A stretch of 64,000 bases of DNA, taken from positions 18,476,001-18,540,000 of the forward strand of contig CM022679.1 of NCBI GenBank assembly GCA_012295275.1, given 5' to 3'. Positions 1 through 15,060 of the stretch are shown here, piece by piece. The notes beneath the pieces were generated by a model. The model ran no database searches, was not told where the DNA came from, and saw nothing but the letters and a program-made list of their open reading frames with translations. Position 1 is the first letter of the stretch. The number at the start of each line of letters is the position of its first letter. The DNA comes from Chrysomallon squamiferum (taxonomy: Eukaryota; Animalia; Mollusca). A program made the translations under genes and the position numbers.

Positions 1-1110
1 GCGGGTATCATTTTGTGTGTGAATTCTACTTTGACGCTCAGCAAAACGCGATGGTAAATCAATATATTGGATACGCTTTAATATTTAATTAGTATGATTA
101 TAGATAACATTAGGTTTCGTTCGCATGTTTATTAGACCAGACTGAGATCATATCACATTGTGAAATTGTTTTGAAATGGTTAATAATTCCAAAAAGTAAA
201 TCTGATTAAAGTGAATATATCTTTCTTTGTTAACTGATTTTAATAACAATTTTAAATTGAGTTATATTATATTATTATTATTAAATTTAAACTCATTATG
301 GCAGTTTATTTTGATTTAAAGAATGTTTTTAAATTAAATTTCTTAAACCTTCACGACATATTTTGACTTAATAAAGCAATTAAGTATACCTACTTGTAAA
401 AACTATTTTGAAGCGATATTAAAAATTTTAATATAAAGGTTTTAGGATATGATGTAAAATATTTAGCACGCTGATATTACTCGAAATCGTTTGTTTTAAT
501 TCTCACTAACTAACTTTTAAATTAAAGTTTACAGTCTTTATTATTATTGTTATTATTTAAATACAAAACAGTTTTCAAAATTATGAAAAGAAAAGTGGAT
601 ATAAATCGGTGCGAACATAGATAATATATTTCACGTCGATATATCAGTCGTATTTATGACCGACATTAAAACAGGTCTTTGAATTTCTGCAGCCGATCAA
701 TGTTTTGCTTTTCACCAGATTGATGTGTTTGTACGTTGCCAAAGCAGCAACACGCAGAGGCTTTTCATACAAGCCAAATCTGTTGTAATCAAAGCATTCA
801 TATGACGACAATTCGCCTTCCATAACCGGTTTAATCCACAAACAATAGCTAAAGATCCGTCAGGTGCTGTTCTAAAAATATTCCAATCAAACAAAAATAA
901 CAAAAAAAACAAAGCACTTGTATACTAGCACAATAGCGTCCACGTCAACCAGTTGTTTCGATTACTTTATTGTGTGTTTCTTTTTCTTTTTTTTCACATT
1001 TTCTTTTCTTAACTCTTTCCTCTGTTATTACTTTACAAACTCCACAAACTTAAAAAGGAATATCTGAATTTTATTTAACTAATAAGCAAGGCATAATTAT
1101 TTATATTATA

Positions 1111-1213
<103 letters not shown>

Positions 1214-2993
1214 GAAAATGCCAGTTATATAACTAATAATCGTGCTGAACCTGTAAAATAACGTGGATGTAAACTAAACATAGAAAAAAACAAATAACCA
1301 TTAAATTTCAGAATTAAAATACATTTTTTATCTCTTGAGTTCACATTTTTCACCGAATTTCGTATGGATTTTTATGCTGATTGATTGATTTATTTATTTT
1401 CTTCTACGTTAAACAAATGAGCAATATACGTTTGAAAATTAATTTTCATAACTGATTAATTACAGATTCTTCGTTTGATAATGAACTTGTTTGACATTAC
1501 AATGTTTCCAGAATCAGGAATATCGAAAATTAAGAAAATCTACAAAAGTTGCAAATATATGTGGCCAATAACTAATGACACCATTTTCCAGTTTGGGCTG
1601 AACAGTTTTCTCACTCATCTGCTCGTGTATGCACAGTGAACACGATCGTCGTAGGAATAATACCTATTTAGATAAATAACTTAAGATAAAAATAAGTAAA
1701 AATATAATTGAAAGTAAGAAATAAAGAAAATGAAAATGAAAAACATAAATACAATTCCAAGATTAGAAAAAGAAAATATAAGTACTACAAACCAACTCAA
1801 CAGAGTTATTTCGATTTAATTATAAATATTCAAGGAACAGAATTTCATATTATATAAGCATTCCTCACTTACATCCCTACGATTAGGTCTTTAAGCAAAT
1901 CGGTCGATACGTTAGACGCTGCCCCTTGTTAGTATTCCAAGCATTCTGTATGATGACATGCTGAAGTAAATTATTCTAGGCTAAACATAGCGGACAAAAA
2001 ATAAAAGTAAAAATAAAAAATAATAAAATAAAATAATATAAAATAAAATCCATACAACCAAAAGATAGTAATGCCGCAGATTAGGTTTAATAAGGAGAGG
2101 TTTTACTCAGTATGTTATTACGATTTTGTTTCGTTTTACTGTTACTGCTGATATGAAAATATATAAAGCACTGCTTACAACATTGAAACAGGCAGATTTG
2201 CCATCGCGATAACAAGTGTACGTGCAAGAAAGTTCTTGTAGCCAGTCTGCATTTTTCAAAGGTGCCTGGCTTTTTACATTCAGATGAGTTTTGTTAATGA
2301 AATAAATCTAATACAAAAGTTTTTCTTCATTCACTAATTTAAAAATATACTATTCAAAATTATAAAATTAACCAGTTGTGTAATCGAACAACAGTTATTA
2401 TTCTTTTTTGTGAAGTTTTCATATATTCAATAATTACTGCCATCCTTTTGTTTTAAATAAAGATGGAGTTTTATTTTGTTACGCTAAACATTTTGAAATG
2501 TATTTTATATTGTCATTTCATTTCAAACAGATGTCTCACATTAATAACAGGATTTGGGGATGTGTAAAATGTGAAAAGGCGAAATTTTATTTGGAGGACA
2601 TTTAAAAATATTATTTTTAATTTTGTTGTTCTTTTTGTAAACAAATGAGACTAAAAAATCATTGAATGTGAAACTGAAAATGGTTGGATGACTGTTTCGG
2701 TGGACAGTGTAGTCCATTTTTCATTTTGATCGACAAATATCGCATGATCTCATTTAATAATGAATTAAAAAAAAAAAAAAAAAAAAAAACATTTCTAATA
2801 TATTTATTTATTTACGGTTTATTTATTGCACATTATTATTATTAGAAGTAGTAGCAGTAGCAATAGTAGTAGTAGTAGTAGTAGTAGTAGTTATTTTTTT
2901 TATCTTTTATTATTATTGTTGTTCTTATTAAATTGTTTGTATTGTTATTCTCTTGTATTGTTAACAGGAAATAATACATTAGGAGAAAATTCA

Positions 2994-3032
<39 letters not shown>

Positions 3033-3329
3033 AAAAACATGTATACATTAGGAATATTTCGATATATTTCAAAACAAAAGAGATATATTTATCTCTTTTT
3101 ATTAACCAAAAATATTGAACTTACCATTACTGACAACTGAATATGTGCAAACCTGGAAAAAAATATATATGCATTAGTGATTCTTATACTTAATAATTCA
3201 CAGAAAGTTTATAATTATATCCGACCAAAATTATTGAAAGAATGACAAGAAAGCAATAGAACAACAACAATAATAGTAAGAAAAAGAAGAATGACAATAA
3301 CATCAGTCAGAATAACTAGAAGAAATGTT

Positions 3330-3331
<2 letters not shown>

Positions 3332-3415
<84 letters not shown>
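3332..3415. repeat. (GA)n microsatellite
   Basis: Uninterrupted GA run. Confidence 0.97.
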
Positions 3416-3418
<3 letters not shown>

Positions 3419-3812
3419 CTTATAATATAAAATAATTTTTTTTAAACTTACAAGTAAAAGACCACATATTATGAAAATATTCGACGCCATTACTTCATTG
3501 TTGTGTTGTTCTTCCGAGTCAGATGGCTGATTTCTCACCTTGCTGTTTGACATGGGTTCATAAACCTGTCGGAATTGATACGTAATAGGAATTCTTTGAT
3601 TCGATTGGTCCGTAGTCGACTCTATCGATACGAACTCTGGCAAGAATGCGGCGAGGCGTAACCAGCAACAGAAGTCGGTCGATTAAAAATTACCCGGCCT
3701 GACTGCTTAACGACGATATTTTTAATGAAAGAGAACAATCGAATGTGATGTTGTCAATATGAATGTGGTTCTATCGATGCACTATAACGATCTACTTTCA
3801 CAGATCATTATA

Positions 3813-3920
3813 TGATGGATGAAAATGTTTTATTCAACGACGCACCGAACACAGTTTTATTATGGTTTGCATGACATGGTTAAGGACCACTCAGATAGCG
3901 AGAGCGAAAACCGCCGCAAC
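3813..3920 (-). mobile_element. SINE-like fragment (3' end)
   Basis: GAAAATGTTTTATTCAACGACGCACCGAACAC...ATGGTTAAGGACCACTCAGATAGCGAGAG resembles, from memory, the 3' end of an abundant gastropod SINE. Not database-checked. Confidence 0.55.
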
Positions 3921-6900
3921 ATAATTATATTCATTTAGCTTCAGCGAATATCTTAAATTATACATTTACCAATAAAGAATATCAAACTGTTTTCGTTCGC
4001 TCCTCATATATATTATTAATGCACTAGAATTACCACTATGTAATCGAAATCGGCGCAAAATGCACTACAATTCACATTTCATATCTTAGCCACCAAGTTT
4101 ACCTAGGTAACGAAATATTAGTGAAAAGCACGATTCTGTGTAGCAGAACAAGTACCACGAGTTGCATTATTGTAAAGGGATCTATTTGATTGGCACCTTT
4201 TTGGTAGCCTTTAAGCGGAATGCGCTTAAGTTGTCGGTGTTATATTGATTATTAGCTCTGCAGAATTGATGGAAAACAAAAATATTTGTTAATCTCTTAA
4301 CTGAAATGGCTTTGATCACATATCATTTCTACTGATTTATTTTTACCAAATTTCTTCAATTTTTATTAGGACTTATTATTTCTTCCTTGTTAAAACAATT
4401 ATTATGTCTGTTGCTATGCTTTAATACTGTTGACATGTATATGCAGAATGCTGTATGAAAAACATACGTATCTTATATACCGTTTGAAAATAACCATGTC
4501 TGTTTAAAAATATAGTGTACATGCTAAACAAATGTATGCATATAAACGTACATATGTATATTATGTACTTATGAAAATAAACATGTATGTCATTGTACAA
4601 AAAGTGTACAAAAATAAATGTTTAATATTGTATGAAAATAAACGTATCTATTAGATTCTGACACCAAAACACATAACCTTTCAAAGTAAAATTGATAGAA
4701 TCATAATATAACTAATATCTGGTAATGTTTCTGGTTATTTTCAAGAGTCTGTGCACTGTCAACCACACCATCATAGCAATAACAACAATAACGGCGACAA
4801 CAATAATAATAATGATAAAGAGATTTAGAAGCATGCATTACATTTCAGTCAGTTGTATATAACTTGCAAACATAAATCTATTTGGATAAACTGTGGTTGC
4901 CAAACTTTGTGGAAGCATACAAAACCTCAAAGATTTTAATATCTCCTTTGGCATAAAAGCGAGTCATATTCTGATTTTTTTCTTGAATGTAAGGTTGTAT
5001 TCATTAAAATATTTAAAAAACAAGTCAGATTTCTTTGCCATCGACATTAAAGGGGTTCAGAAAAAATAATCTTAATAAATTATATTCAATCTGGCCCCAT
5101 TTATGGTTCAGGTTTAGACATTTTGTGTTTAAATATAAATTAATTAGATTCTTGTTATAGCAGCATATTGATCCATGGAAAGCAGGGTTACACAAACAGT
5201 ATTTGTTTCAAGTATTACACTGTGTTTTCATTGTATTTGCAATCTGAATTCTCCAGGTTTATTCGTACAAAATAAAAAACTCTAGCCAGAAACAACTGAA
5301 TATACAGAAATCCTGTAAGTTAATTCTTGGGTTACTAAAATCCTTATGTCTTTATGTCTATATGTGACAATCTGTCTCTCTGTCTGTATTTATGTGTTTA
5401 TCTGTGTATGCATGTGTTGAATGTATAGAAATATTCAGTGTTGTCGTTACTGTTGTTATTTTAAAATGCTTCTGAAGCATAATTAGAAACTACTACCCTG
5501 AGTTGATTAAATGGGGTGATTTTCTTTCGTTATCTAACCATTAGTAATTTCTTTACCGATAAAACTACGCCTTCTGTCATATGATGTTAAATTATAATCT
5601 ACATTGTGTTACAAATCCGCTATGTACCAGGATCAAAATAATTGACATTTTATTTAATGATTTGTTTCTTTTTAATATGGTGAAAAATGAAAATAATTGT
5701 TAGTGCTATTAATATATCTTTATTGATTAAATCCCATTTTAATTCTGTATAAAACTGTATATTCATAGGGATAGTTCCTAAGTAATATTCTCTACAGTGT
5801 GGGGTACACGGAACCAATAACTACTGTTTGTTGTTCCTTGTTGGTCGTTAAAAAATTATTTTCAGTTATATTTATTGTTCTGAATAATGATCTAACCATT
5901 AACAGACGATTAATGATTTTAATGCAGTGAAAGATATTTATTTTTTTTTTTTTGATTTTTTGTTCTACCAGCATTCTTTTAATATTTTTATTTTATATAA
6001 TTAATATTTTCTTTTTTATTTACTAGTAAAATTGCTATTGTCATCCATCACCATTACAGACATTATTACTGTTAAACTGATAATTTTGTTATACTTAAAA
6101 ACATAAGAAATGATAATATACATAATGATGCATTTATCGATCTGGCCTTTCTTTTCTGTTCCTAACCTTTTCTCTTTTGTTAGATGGATCTAACTTTTCC
6201 TGTCATAAGAGGTTTATCTAAACACAAGAATGCGATATCCTTTATATTTATGACACTGTCATAGCAATTCCCTATTAACAGATCAATGAGAATCATTGTC
6301 GTATTTTTCTTCTCTTTTTTTTTCGTATATTAAGCACGATAAAAACATGTATTACTGGCAAACATCCCAGTTCGGAATTATGAAAATCGATAAAGAGATA
6401 GAAAAAAAAAAGAAAAAAAAAAAGCACTGAATAGAATTTTGTAATACTGGACGAAGCACGCAAACACTTCACCGTCAACACGACAAAGCAGTGATCAACG
6501 ACAATGGTTATACCAAACAATGAAACAGAGTTTTATCAGAGATGACTTTTGTTTAAAACTCGTTAACTCAGAGGTGAGGCAGCAAATGATAGCTTTGCTA
6601 CACATTATATAATTATTGCTGTCATCATTAAAAAATCAGTATTGATCAGCAGTGCATCTCTGTATCAAAACTGCTTCGCTACACAATTTTATTGAATGTT
6701 TGCCGACGTTAATTTTCGTCTTAATAATAGTACGTATAGAGGTAAAAATTTGGTAGTATACTTTTACTTATAACACATGAATAATAATAAGAAGAATTAT
6801 GACAGTTTCATGCTGCAACAGAGGTTCTTGATAAGTACCTCCGTGGCATTAATGTAAATCACTGACTTAATAATTTGGGATGTTTCTGTTTCGGTCGGTT

Positions 6901-7596
6901 TCATTTAGTTTCAAATAGCTGGTAGATCCAATCAACCCGTTAGATAACACATTTTAAATATATTACCTTTTTAACCTCTCTACATGCTGGGATACTTCAG
7001 CGGTGATGTAATAGCAGAAGACAAAATCAAAAAATAATAATAATATACATATTATCCCTCGCAGAGAAAAAGTCATAGTGACTTTGTTACTTTGCATTTC
7101 TAGGGGGATTTAACTTCTTTATTACATTCTAGTGTATCCATCAATCAACATTCTTGTTTAAAACTGAACATTCCTTGGACAGTAAATCTCAAATTAAATA
7201 ATTTTCTGATGGATAAAACAAATAATTAGCCATACGCCTATCTGCAACAAACAAATTACGGTTAGCAGTGTATTTTAAACAGTTAGTGTGTTGACAAAAG
7301 GATAATTAACTTACTGAGGCTTCCAAGGAGCGATTACGTTCATTGAAATATTTCAGACAGTATTCCCTTTAATAAATAGGTAGTCTTAGAAAAATGGACT
7401 AAATGTTCTGAATTCAATATAAAGAAATAAGAAAAGAAAAAAAAAAATCAAATAATATGTCATTGAATTTAGGGATTTAGTAACCAATGAAATAATTATA
7501 ATGACACCATGATAATATATATATATATATTAATATATATTTATATACATTAAATGATAAATCTAAGCAAATTGTTGTTGATGAATAAACAAAGAA

Positions 7597-7636
<40 letters not shown>

Positions 7637-9884
7637 CATGCTTTCTTAGTTTATTAAGTTAAGCGGAATATTTTAACTGAATGCCATTTCGTGTAGCCTT
7701 CGCGTGTTCCTGTTCTGTGACAAAACAAAATATATGACTGTACTGTTAGTGTCCCAGGGACCAAACGCCTTTAAAGTCATGTAATCATGTACAATTTATT
7801 TAATAAATACTAACGTCTTCCACAAGAGGAGACAATGCCGAATACTCAGTTTCCTTGCATAATTCTTATTTATTTATTTTATTTATTTATTTTTTTTTAA
7901 ATTTATTTATCTATTTATATTTATATTTATTTTCATTTTTATTTTATTTTATTTTATTTTTTAATTGTTGTTCCTGTTTTATTGTGGGTTTTTTTGGGTG
8001 TAGGTTGGGGTTTGGTGTTTCCTTTTATTATTTATTTATTTATTTATTTATTTATATGATTTTATTTTATATTTTTTTTTTTTTTTTTTTATTATTATTA
8101 TTTTTTTTTTTTAAATAACTACATTTTCCTTCTGTCAGTAAGATATATTTGGTATACAGTTTCTGATAGAAAACCATAGATCGCATTCTTTGCTACATCC
8201 TTGGATGAAATGGAACCTTCTTTAAACAAAGCGGATCATTTGCACAGAAGCATCTACAGTGACGTCAAATTTCGTAGATAAACAACATTAATATGTCTTC
8301 TGCGCAATCGCTGTCAAGTCTGTTTAATTATTACTGAAGTCCATCAAGTGACGGTAATCGAGGTAATTGATGGTGCATTTACATAACTGCCATTTTAAAA
8401 GCAAATACCCTAGCACTGGGCTATGGGAATGTAACAAATCAGTTCACGAAGTGGTGTATGGTGGCTAAATAATTAGAAGCAGGGAAGAGATGTATCACTA
8501 ATAGGTCGCATAAAGATATATCTACTTCTACGCCCTAAAACTGAATATCAAAGGATATGTACGTGCTTTCATCTGTGTACGATATGTATATAAAAAATAT
8601 CTTATAGACTATTAGGACAGAGCTGGGTTAAGATTTTGTAGGCCCCGGCTTCAGTCAGTGTATGATATTTATCTACATTCTTCAGCCAAGAGTTACGAAC
8701 TTCGATATACTATTTAACTAAACCATCACTCTTAAACTGATATTTAGAGGTGTCCGAATTTTAAAGTACGTAACGTAGTTCATTCGAAGACAAACAGAGA
8801 AAGAGGTGACAATACAATAGTCAGAAGTTGTTTGTTATTATTGTATATATTACGTTCTTTATAGTAAAAATTCACTAATCTTTATTTATATTAAATTTGT
8901 TTTCTCTCCTCTATTAAGCAACGGCATTTCGAATTATATGATTTTCCTGTATGAATAAAACCTACGCATATTTTAATAAAATGTATGTAGATGGTTGTAT
9001 GATATGAACAAATTCTGAATCCTATCCAAGTACACTGAACTTACTTTCAAATCTTTAAACTGTTACATTGTGTTTAATAATAGCTGTTATTCTATTGGTT
9101 TGATACCGCAAAAATTAAAAATTTCAATGAGAAGTTTTATAATAAAAATGTGTCTATAAGATAGTAACTGCCAGGATGATTTGATTTGATCATATATATG
9201 AATGCTTTATAAACCCTCTAGATGATTCAGAAAGAAACTGTTCTAAATATGCAGTAATTGTAAATGATTAAAAAAAATAATAATAATTAAAAAAATATTA
9301 ATTATGGGTGTGCATCATGGAAAGAGTAGAACAAAAATAATAAAGTAAATAATTTAGTTGTTTGTTTTCTTGTAAATTATTACAAAATATGCACCGTTGT
9401 GATGTGTTATTTATATAGTAGATATATTTTACTGTAGCAATTTAAAATTTTACTAATTCTTATTGTAGTGTTCTAAACGCCTATATCTCCTAGACATGAT
9501 AACAAGCACCTTAGGCGCTGGCACCGTGACGGTGATTTGAACAGGTTCATAAACTTAATACTGTGTTGTTTTTTTTGTTGTCTTTTTATACTTTTTAACA
9601 ACGATTATGTACGTTTGTTGTCAGAGTTTGCTTCTGCAAGTTTTTTTCACTAGTCGTTTTCAGTATCTGCAATCTGCTCCATATGAATTTCTTTTTTATT
9701 GTTGAAATGGTGAACAATATCAAAGTACGTCAGAAAACAATAAAACAGAATTATTATTATTATTTTAAATTTATTCTTGGTTTAATTCAGCGACACATGC
9801 ATACATACCTACAGTTTTTTCACGCCTGTTTATAAACTGGCTCATCTGTCATAACAGTGAATGCACTAAAACCATTATGACGTT

Positions 9885-9948
9885 AGAAACCTATCAGAGC
9901 ATACCAGCTGCTAGTGAGCTTTTTTTCTAGCATACTCGTCATTATATT
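9885..9948 (-). promoter_or_regulatory. SECIS element (form 2) in GPx 3'UTR
   Basis: Minus strand: ATGAC-GAGTATGCTAG-AAAAAAA-GCTCACTAGCAG-CTGGTATGCTC-TGAT. AUGA/GA core, 11-bp helix II (GAGTATGCTAG:CTGGTATGCTC with G-U pairs), unpaired A run and a small apical stem, about 170 nt after the stop. Confidence 0.9.
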
Positions 9949-10115
9949 CATTACACACGTGATCAAAATGATGGTATATTGCATATGACATATTTACAGC
10001 TGTAAACAACATAATACTTTTTTAAATATCTATATCAAGCAAAGTGACATGCACAAAATATATTTTTCGATTATTATTTTGTATATGATAGGCAAAATTT
10101 AAAACGTTCATCAGC

Positions 10116-10567
10116 TTATTTCGCAAGTTCCTTTCTAATATCATCTTCTAAATTGAGTGGAAGAACTTTCGGGTGAAATCGTTTTACAGCTTGACCTTTC
10201 TTGTTGATTAAGAAGCTTTCAAAATTCCAGATGACGTCACCTTCTCTGATTGGAGTGTAATAGAGATCTGTTTTAAATGCTTTTTGAGTCTGCGCACAAT
10301 ATTTCTACGGCGGAGGTGGAAAGAAGAAGAAGAATGAAAAAAAAGATTTAGAAAAATAAAAAAATATTAAAACGTGTCATGTACTTTTAAAATAGTAAGA
10401 TCATACTTATTTTGAAGGATTATTTCACTGAAAATAATTCGTTATGTCAACATTTAATACATATGAAAGTGAGTAATTAAATAAAGTCACTAAAAGATAC
10501 TCAACAGAAACTGAAAAACATGATTTACATGTATTTCCATTATCTAAAATATAATATTTAGACATCT

Positions 10568-10620
<53 letters not shown>

Positions 10621-11124
10621 TTATATATTTCACTTATTTATATATTTAATGTATATCAGAATCAATGTGGATATATAACTTAAAAATAATATTTGATGCT
10701 ATATGTTACCTTCAGATAATTGTACAGAGGATGTTCGTTGTTTCCATTTACTTCGATTTTCTGAAACATCTGGAAATTTGGAACAAAACCCCCTCCTGGC
10801 CTTACGTATTTGATGCCGTTTAATATTTCGAAAGCACCATCCCCTGGTTCTTGCTAAAAACAGTCAAAGCGGAATGTTAACTGTGGTGATGAAAGTAATA
10901 ATAAGTGATATCATTGTAATTAACTATATAGCAAGTGAAAAAAATGATGGATACGATGCCGATAAGACAAGTGAAATGTAAGAAAGGAAAATAGAAGCAA
11001 CACCAACAACGACGTTCTCGGTAATAGCTCTGACATTAAATAAAATAAAATGCCATGAGGAAATTTAAATTTTGGTATAACAAATTTTTAAACAAAATAT
11101 TACTACTACTACTACTACTACTAC

Positions 11125-11173
<49 letters not shown>

Positions 11174-11617
11174 CTTCTTTTTTTATTTCCTTTGTTCTTT
11201 GTGAGCAAACTAACCAACAATAATAATTAAATAAATTACTAAAAACAAAAAATAATAACAACCACAACTTAAATCACATTTAACGTGTGTAACTGCAAAT
11301 TAACAACATACCTGACCAAACTGATTGCAAGGAAAGCCGAGAACTTCGAAACCCTTGTTCTGGAACATATTTTGTAGTGCATTCAGTCCCTTATAATGGG
11401 TAACAGTTAATCCTCAGTATGTCGCCACATTGGCGATGAGGACAACTTTTCCCTTGTACTTACTAAGAGAAATATTATGCTTTTGAAAAATGTCTGGGAT
11501 GCTGAAATCATAGATATTCTCCGATGATAAAGACTGTTCGCAGACAATTTTTTGCCCACTGCTTAAACATGCCAAACTCAGCAATGCTCCAAGAAAAATA
11601 GCTCTAGGAGGCCCCAT
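10116..11617 (-). CDS. GPX: Secreted selenocysteine glutathione peroxidase (GPx3-like), 212 aa
   Basis: Exons 11617-11312, 10853-10710, 10304-10116, all GT-AG and phase 0. Signal peptide [21 protein letters not shown]; motifs [12 protein letters not shown][TGA=U][48 protein letters not shown]. The ORF track stops at the Sec TGA (11416-11414) but the frame stays open past it. Confidence 0.96.
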
Positions 11618-11857
11618 TTTCTAGAACACTGTAAAATGTATTTGAGAGAAAATGAATACAATGCACACTGGGAGACAGAGAGAGAAAAAAATGTTCACTC
11701 AAATGTTGCAGAAAATAGCTACAGCTTACTGGTCATGTGATGTTTCGTTATCTTTTCCAGTCACGATCTACCCGTGTCACAACAAAGGAGAATTTTTTTT
11801 TTTTATTTTTTTTTATATCTGCTCTGTCATCCAGTGAACTTCTTTTAACAAACTGAC

Positions 11858-11933
11858 CTTTACTACAAGCAACTAGTTATATGAACCGCCCGGCAGTTAC
11901 TTCAGAGCTGTACGCTTGAAACTGCTATTTATA
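11858..11933 (-). promoter_or_regulatory. GPx TATA box and short non-coding first exon
   Basis: TATAAATAG on minus at 11933-11925; AAG|GTCAGT donor at 11858/11857; TTTTACAG acceptor about 12 nt before the ATG. Confidence 0.55.
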
Positions 11934-13400
11934 GAATAATGTTATTACCAGGCTGCGCACTAGTAACACTGAACATTTTGTAGCATTTATTAAGTAATAC
12001 TAATTAAAGTACTGACATTAATTGAATTACTGACACTTTTTTCTTCCTTTTTAATTTGTTTTATTAAAACATAACAGCAGTTATAGCAGAGTTGTGGTTA
12101 TAGTAGTTGCTGCAATAACTGGAAGTTAGTTACAGCAGTAGTAGTAATCAGAATAAAATTACTTGACAACTTAACGTATACACTGCGATGTAGAGAAATA
12201 TAAACCACTCATATCGTGCTCACTATGGTTATTATCTGATGATAAAGGTTAGCTAATTATGTGTTTCTTTGTTGATGTGAGGCATGTATATATATATATA
12301 TATATATATATCATGGATAACGTGTTTTTGAAACATGACAGTGTTACATGCTCAAGAAATTGGTTACTGTCGTTTCTCCCTATCGCTGAAAGCTCTACAT
12401 ATATATCGTTTGTTCTCATAATTTTCATGTAAAATTAATAAAAATTTGATGTTATTTATGATATAAGAGTGACCAATTTATTTTGCTATTCTGTTTGTTA
12501 CGAATGACTTAAGATTTAAAAATTTTATATGGAAAGTAAATGTGCTTGCATTCACAATGTATAAAAACAGTTATTGCCGTATCATTACACACTACAAATA
12601 ACAAAATACTTTAAAATTAGGCAATAAATTATTTTTATACCAGTTTAGCAATGGTGCATACTGAAAACAGTTGAAAAGGTAGTTTGATTAAAGCACGGCC
12701 ACCTTCAACATTACAATATTACAATATTACAATATTAGTAAATTAAATACTACATACTATGCTACTACTGCTACTACTATATGCTTTTTGTAACATGAAA
12801 AATCAACTTAAAACATAAAATCTGTATATAGAACAGAATTACCTGGAGATGCATTATAGTATAAATTGAGAGAAACATTCAGTTACTTAATAAAACGTGA
12901 CTACATATATATTTATAGATCGTTAGTTCAGGTATTGCATCAGATACGCGTTATTCGAACTACTGACCTAGAATGACGCTGCATTCTTTTTGGATATTAT
13001 CTACAAATATACATATACCAACTCAGCAAATTATTCAGACTGATATTTTCAAAATTTAATCTATATATATATATATATATATCAGTGTGATAGGACCGGT
13101 CAGTAGCACTGTATCTCACAGTACAAATGGCGTTCTGTATTCATGCTAATGTATACTTGTGTGCGTGCGTGCGTGCATGGTGCGTGCGTGCGCATCGTCT
13201 AAAATTCTTCGTAAGATAAATTTAGCAACCAAACATTTGACATATAATATCCTACTAGTTTTTATGAATTTTAATTGTATTAAATTTTGACTATTGACCA
13301 TATTACTACTAATACTGTAGTCCGGCAGAAGTACAGTGGAACCTCGTTTTGGCACCTAAATGTTGTTTTTGTTGTTTTTTTAGTGTTGATAATTGATGTT

Positions 13401-15060
13401 TAGAGCATACTTATACTGAAACTGCCCGGTGACGTTTTCTCAGTCTTGAGCAATTTATCCTAGGAGGCTAAATCCAAAATGGCCGCCAAAAATACGGTTT
13501 TACTCCTATTTTCGTAACTAGATCAGATAGAAACATGAACGAAAGGTCGTTTTATATGTTTTCAGACATAAAACATCTAATGCAGCTATGTTTGATTCCA
13601 GTAAAATACAAATAAATCAAGATATAACCATAAAGGGATGAAGATGTGGCTGTTTTAATTAAAATTAAACTCCTATTGGTCTTTTAATACACTATATATG
13701 TTATCATAGGCTAATAAGTAATAGGCAGATAAGAAATAATTAATTATTGAAGTGCATAGTATTTTTGGCTGGTTCAATTACTTAACACATCGTAAGACCT
13801 ATCTGGGATGATTTGGAACTGGATTGTTCAGCTAACAGTGACAGAGAGCACAATCCTTTGTCCCTAGCATGTAGACATGACTGGCACTGCCCTGCTGCAT
13901 CATCATTAGCAGTGATCCTTCTATACCCAGAAATGATAGGTTAAGTCCACTTTTCATAACTTACAGGTCAGTGTTCTTTCCAGTGTCGAAACAGCAACCA
14001 GTAGTGTCACGTTGTCTTAAGAGTTTGGCAGTGGGATTTGTAACATACTATTCTCACTTGCTTTGATGGGATAATTATGCAGTGTAGTCTGAGTCCCTAA
14101 CGGCGTATTTGTTTAATATATATAACTTAAAATTTATATTAACATAATTCTCTCGTTACCGATTCCTTCTTTAAATAGATTTCAGTTGGCTCATTCCGTA
14201 TTTTAACATATTATATTGAATTCAGAACATGTAGTCCATTTTTCTAAGGCTACCTTTTGATATTCCAGTTATGAAAGGAAATACTGTATGAAATATTTCC
14301 ACAATAATTTAGTTTATTTTCGTTTGTGTAATTACAAGGTACTTCGGAATTAATTAATATGTCAAGCTGTCTTTCTGTTGTGTTATTTATCTCGTGGATG
14401 AGGATATTATTATGCCATCATGTAATAAATTACTGTCTAAATTTGAATGTGTTAATCCGTGTCATAGTGCCCCTAGACTCTGATAACGAGCATCTAAGCC
14501 ATGTGCAGTGACCATGTTCTGTCCACCATTGCTGATCTCAGAGTGATGTCTTGGAATGTGATGATCAGCTTGTGATTCTATGAACGGTTTCGACAGAACG
14601 ACACGTCTCGTATGAGATCAGTGCAATTTGTGTCAGTGAGCTGCTTCTTGTTTTCAGTGACAGTCAGAATTTTTTTTCGGCTCCATAGTTACTTTCAGCT
14701 GCAGAACTGTTTCAGTGTTTCTCAGTTTCTTGACATATCTTATGTGCTGTATTCACAGTACTAATCAAACACGAGCTTGTTCTCCGATTTTGACTAATAG
14801 ATATCACCAAAGGAGAACAGAGCCATTGATTGTGATGCCTGTGTTTAGTCTATTAATCGATGAGACTTGCGCTTGACAATGTTTACCACTGCTTCATGAC
14901 GACTCACTAAATCAAAAGAATTGAAACTCATCTCCAGCTTGTGTCTCTGTCATTCCTGCCTCTGGAGATCTTATTCTCTTTAAATATATTCTCCACCATC
15001 ATCGAACATTCCATTGAGGCTGGACTCCAATTTCTTGAAAGTGTGAAGACTTAAGTTTTA
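13401..15060. mobile_element. Degenerate large DNA transposon, Academ-like
   Basis: Starts TAGAGC, with a TCCAAAATGGCCGCC subterminal motif. Broken minus-strand peptides such as LSFLGIEGSLLM...HVYMLGTK and KILTVTENKKQL...HKLIIT recall Academ-type transposases. Many stops. The right boundary is approximate. Confidence 0.5.

Noticed and set aside
6290-7360. Scattered minus-strand splice-like signals suggesting a decayed gene
   Set aside because: No consistent frame or recognisable protein could be assembled.
2826-8118. ORFs 2826-3140 and 7855-8118 (also 15628-15978, 31555-31833)
   Set aside because: Products of microsatellites, homopolymer runs and low complexity.
9800-9860. Second ATGA motif in the GPx 3'UTR as another SECIS
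   Set aside because: No complementary helix II or correctly placed GA.
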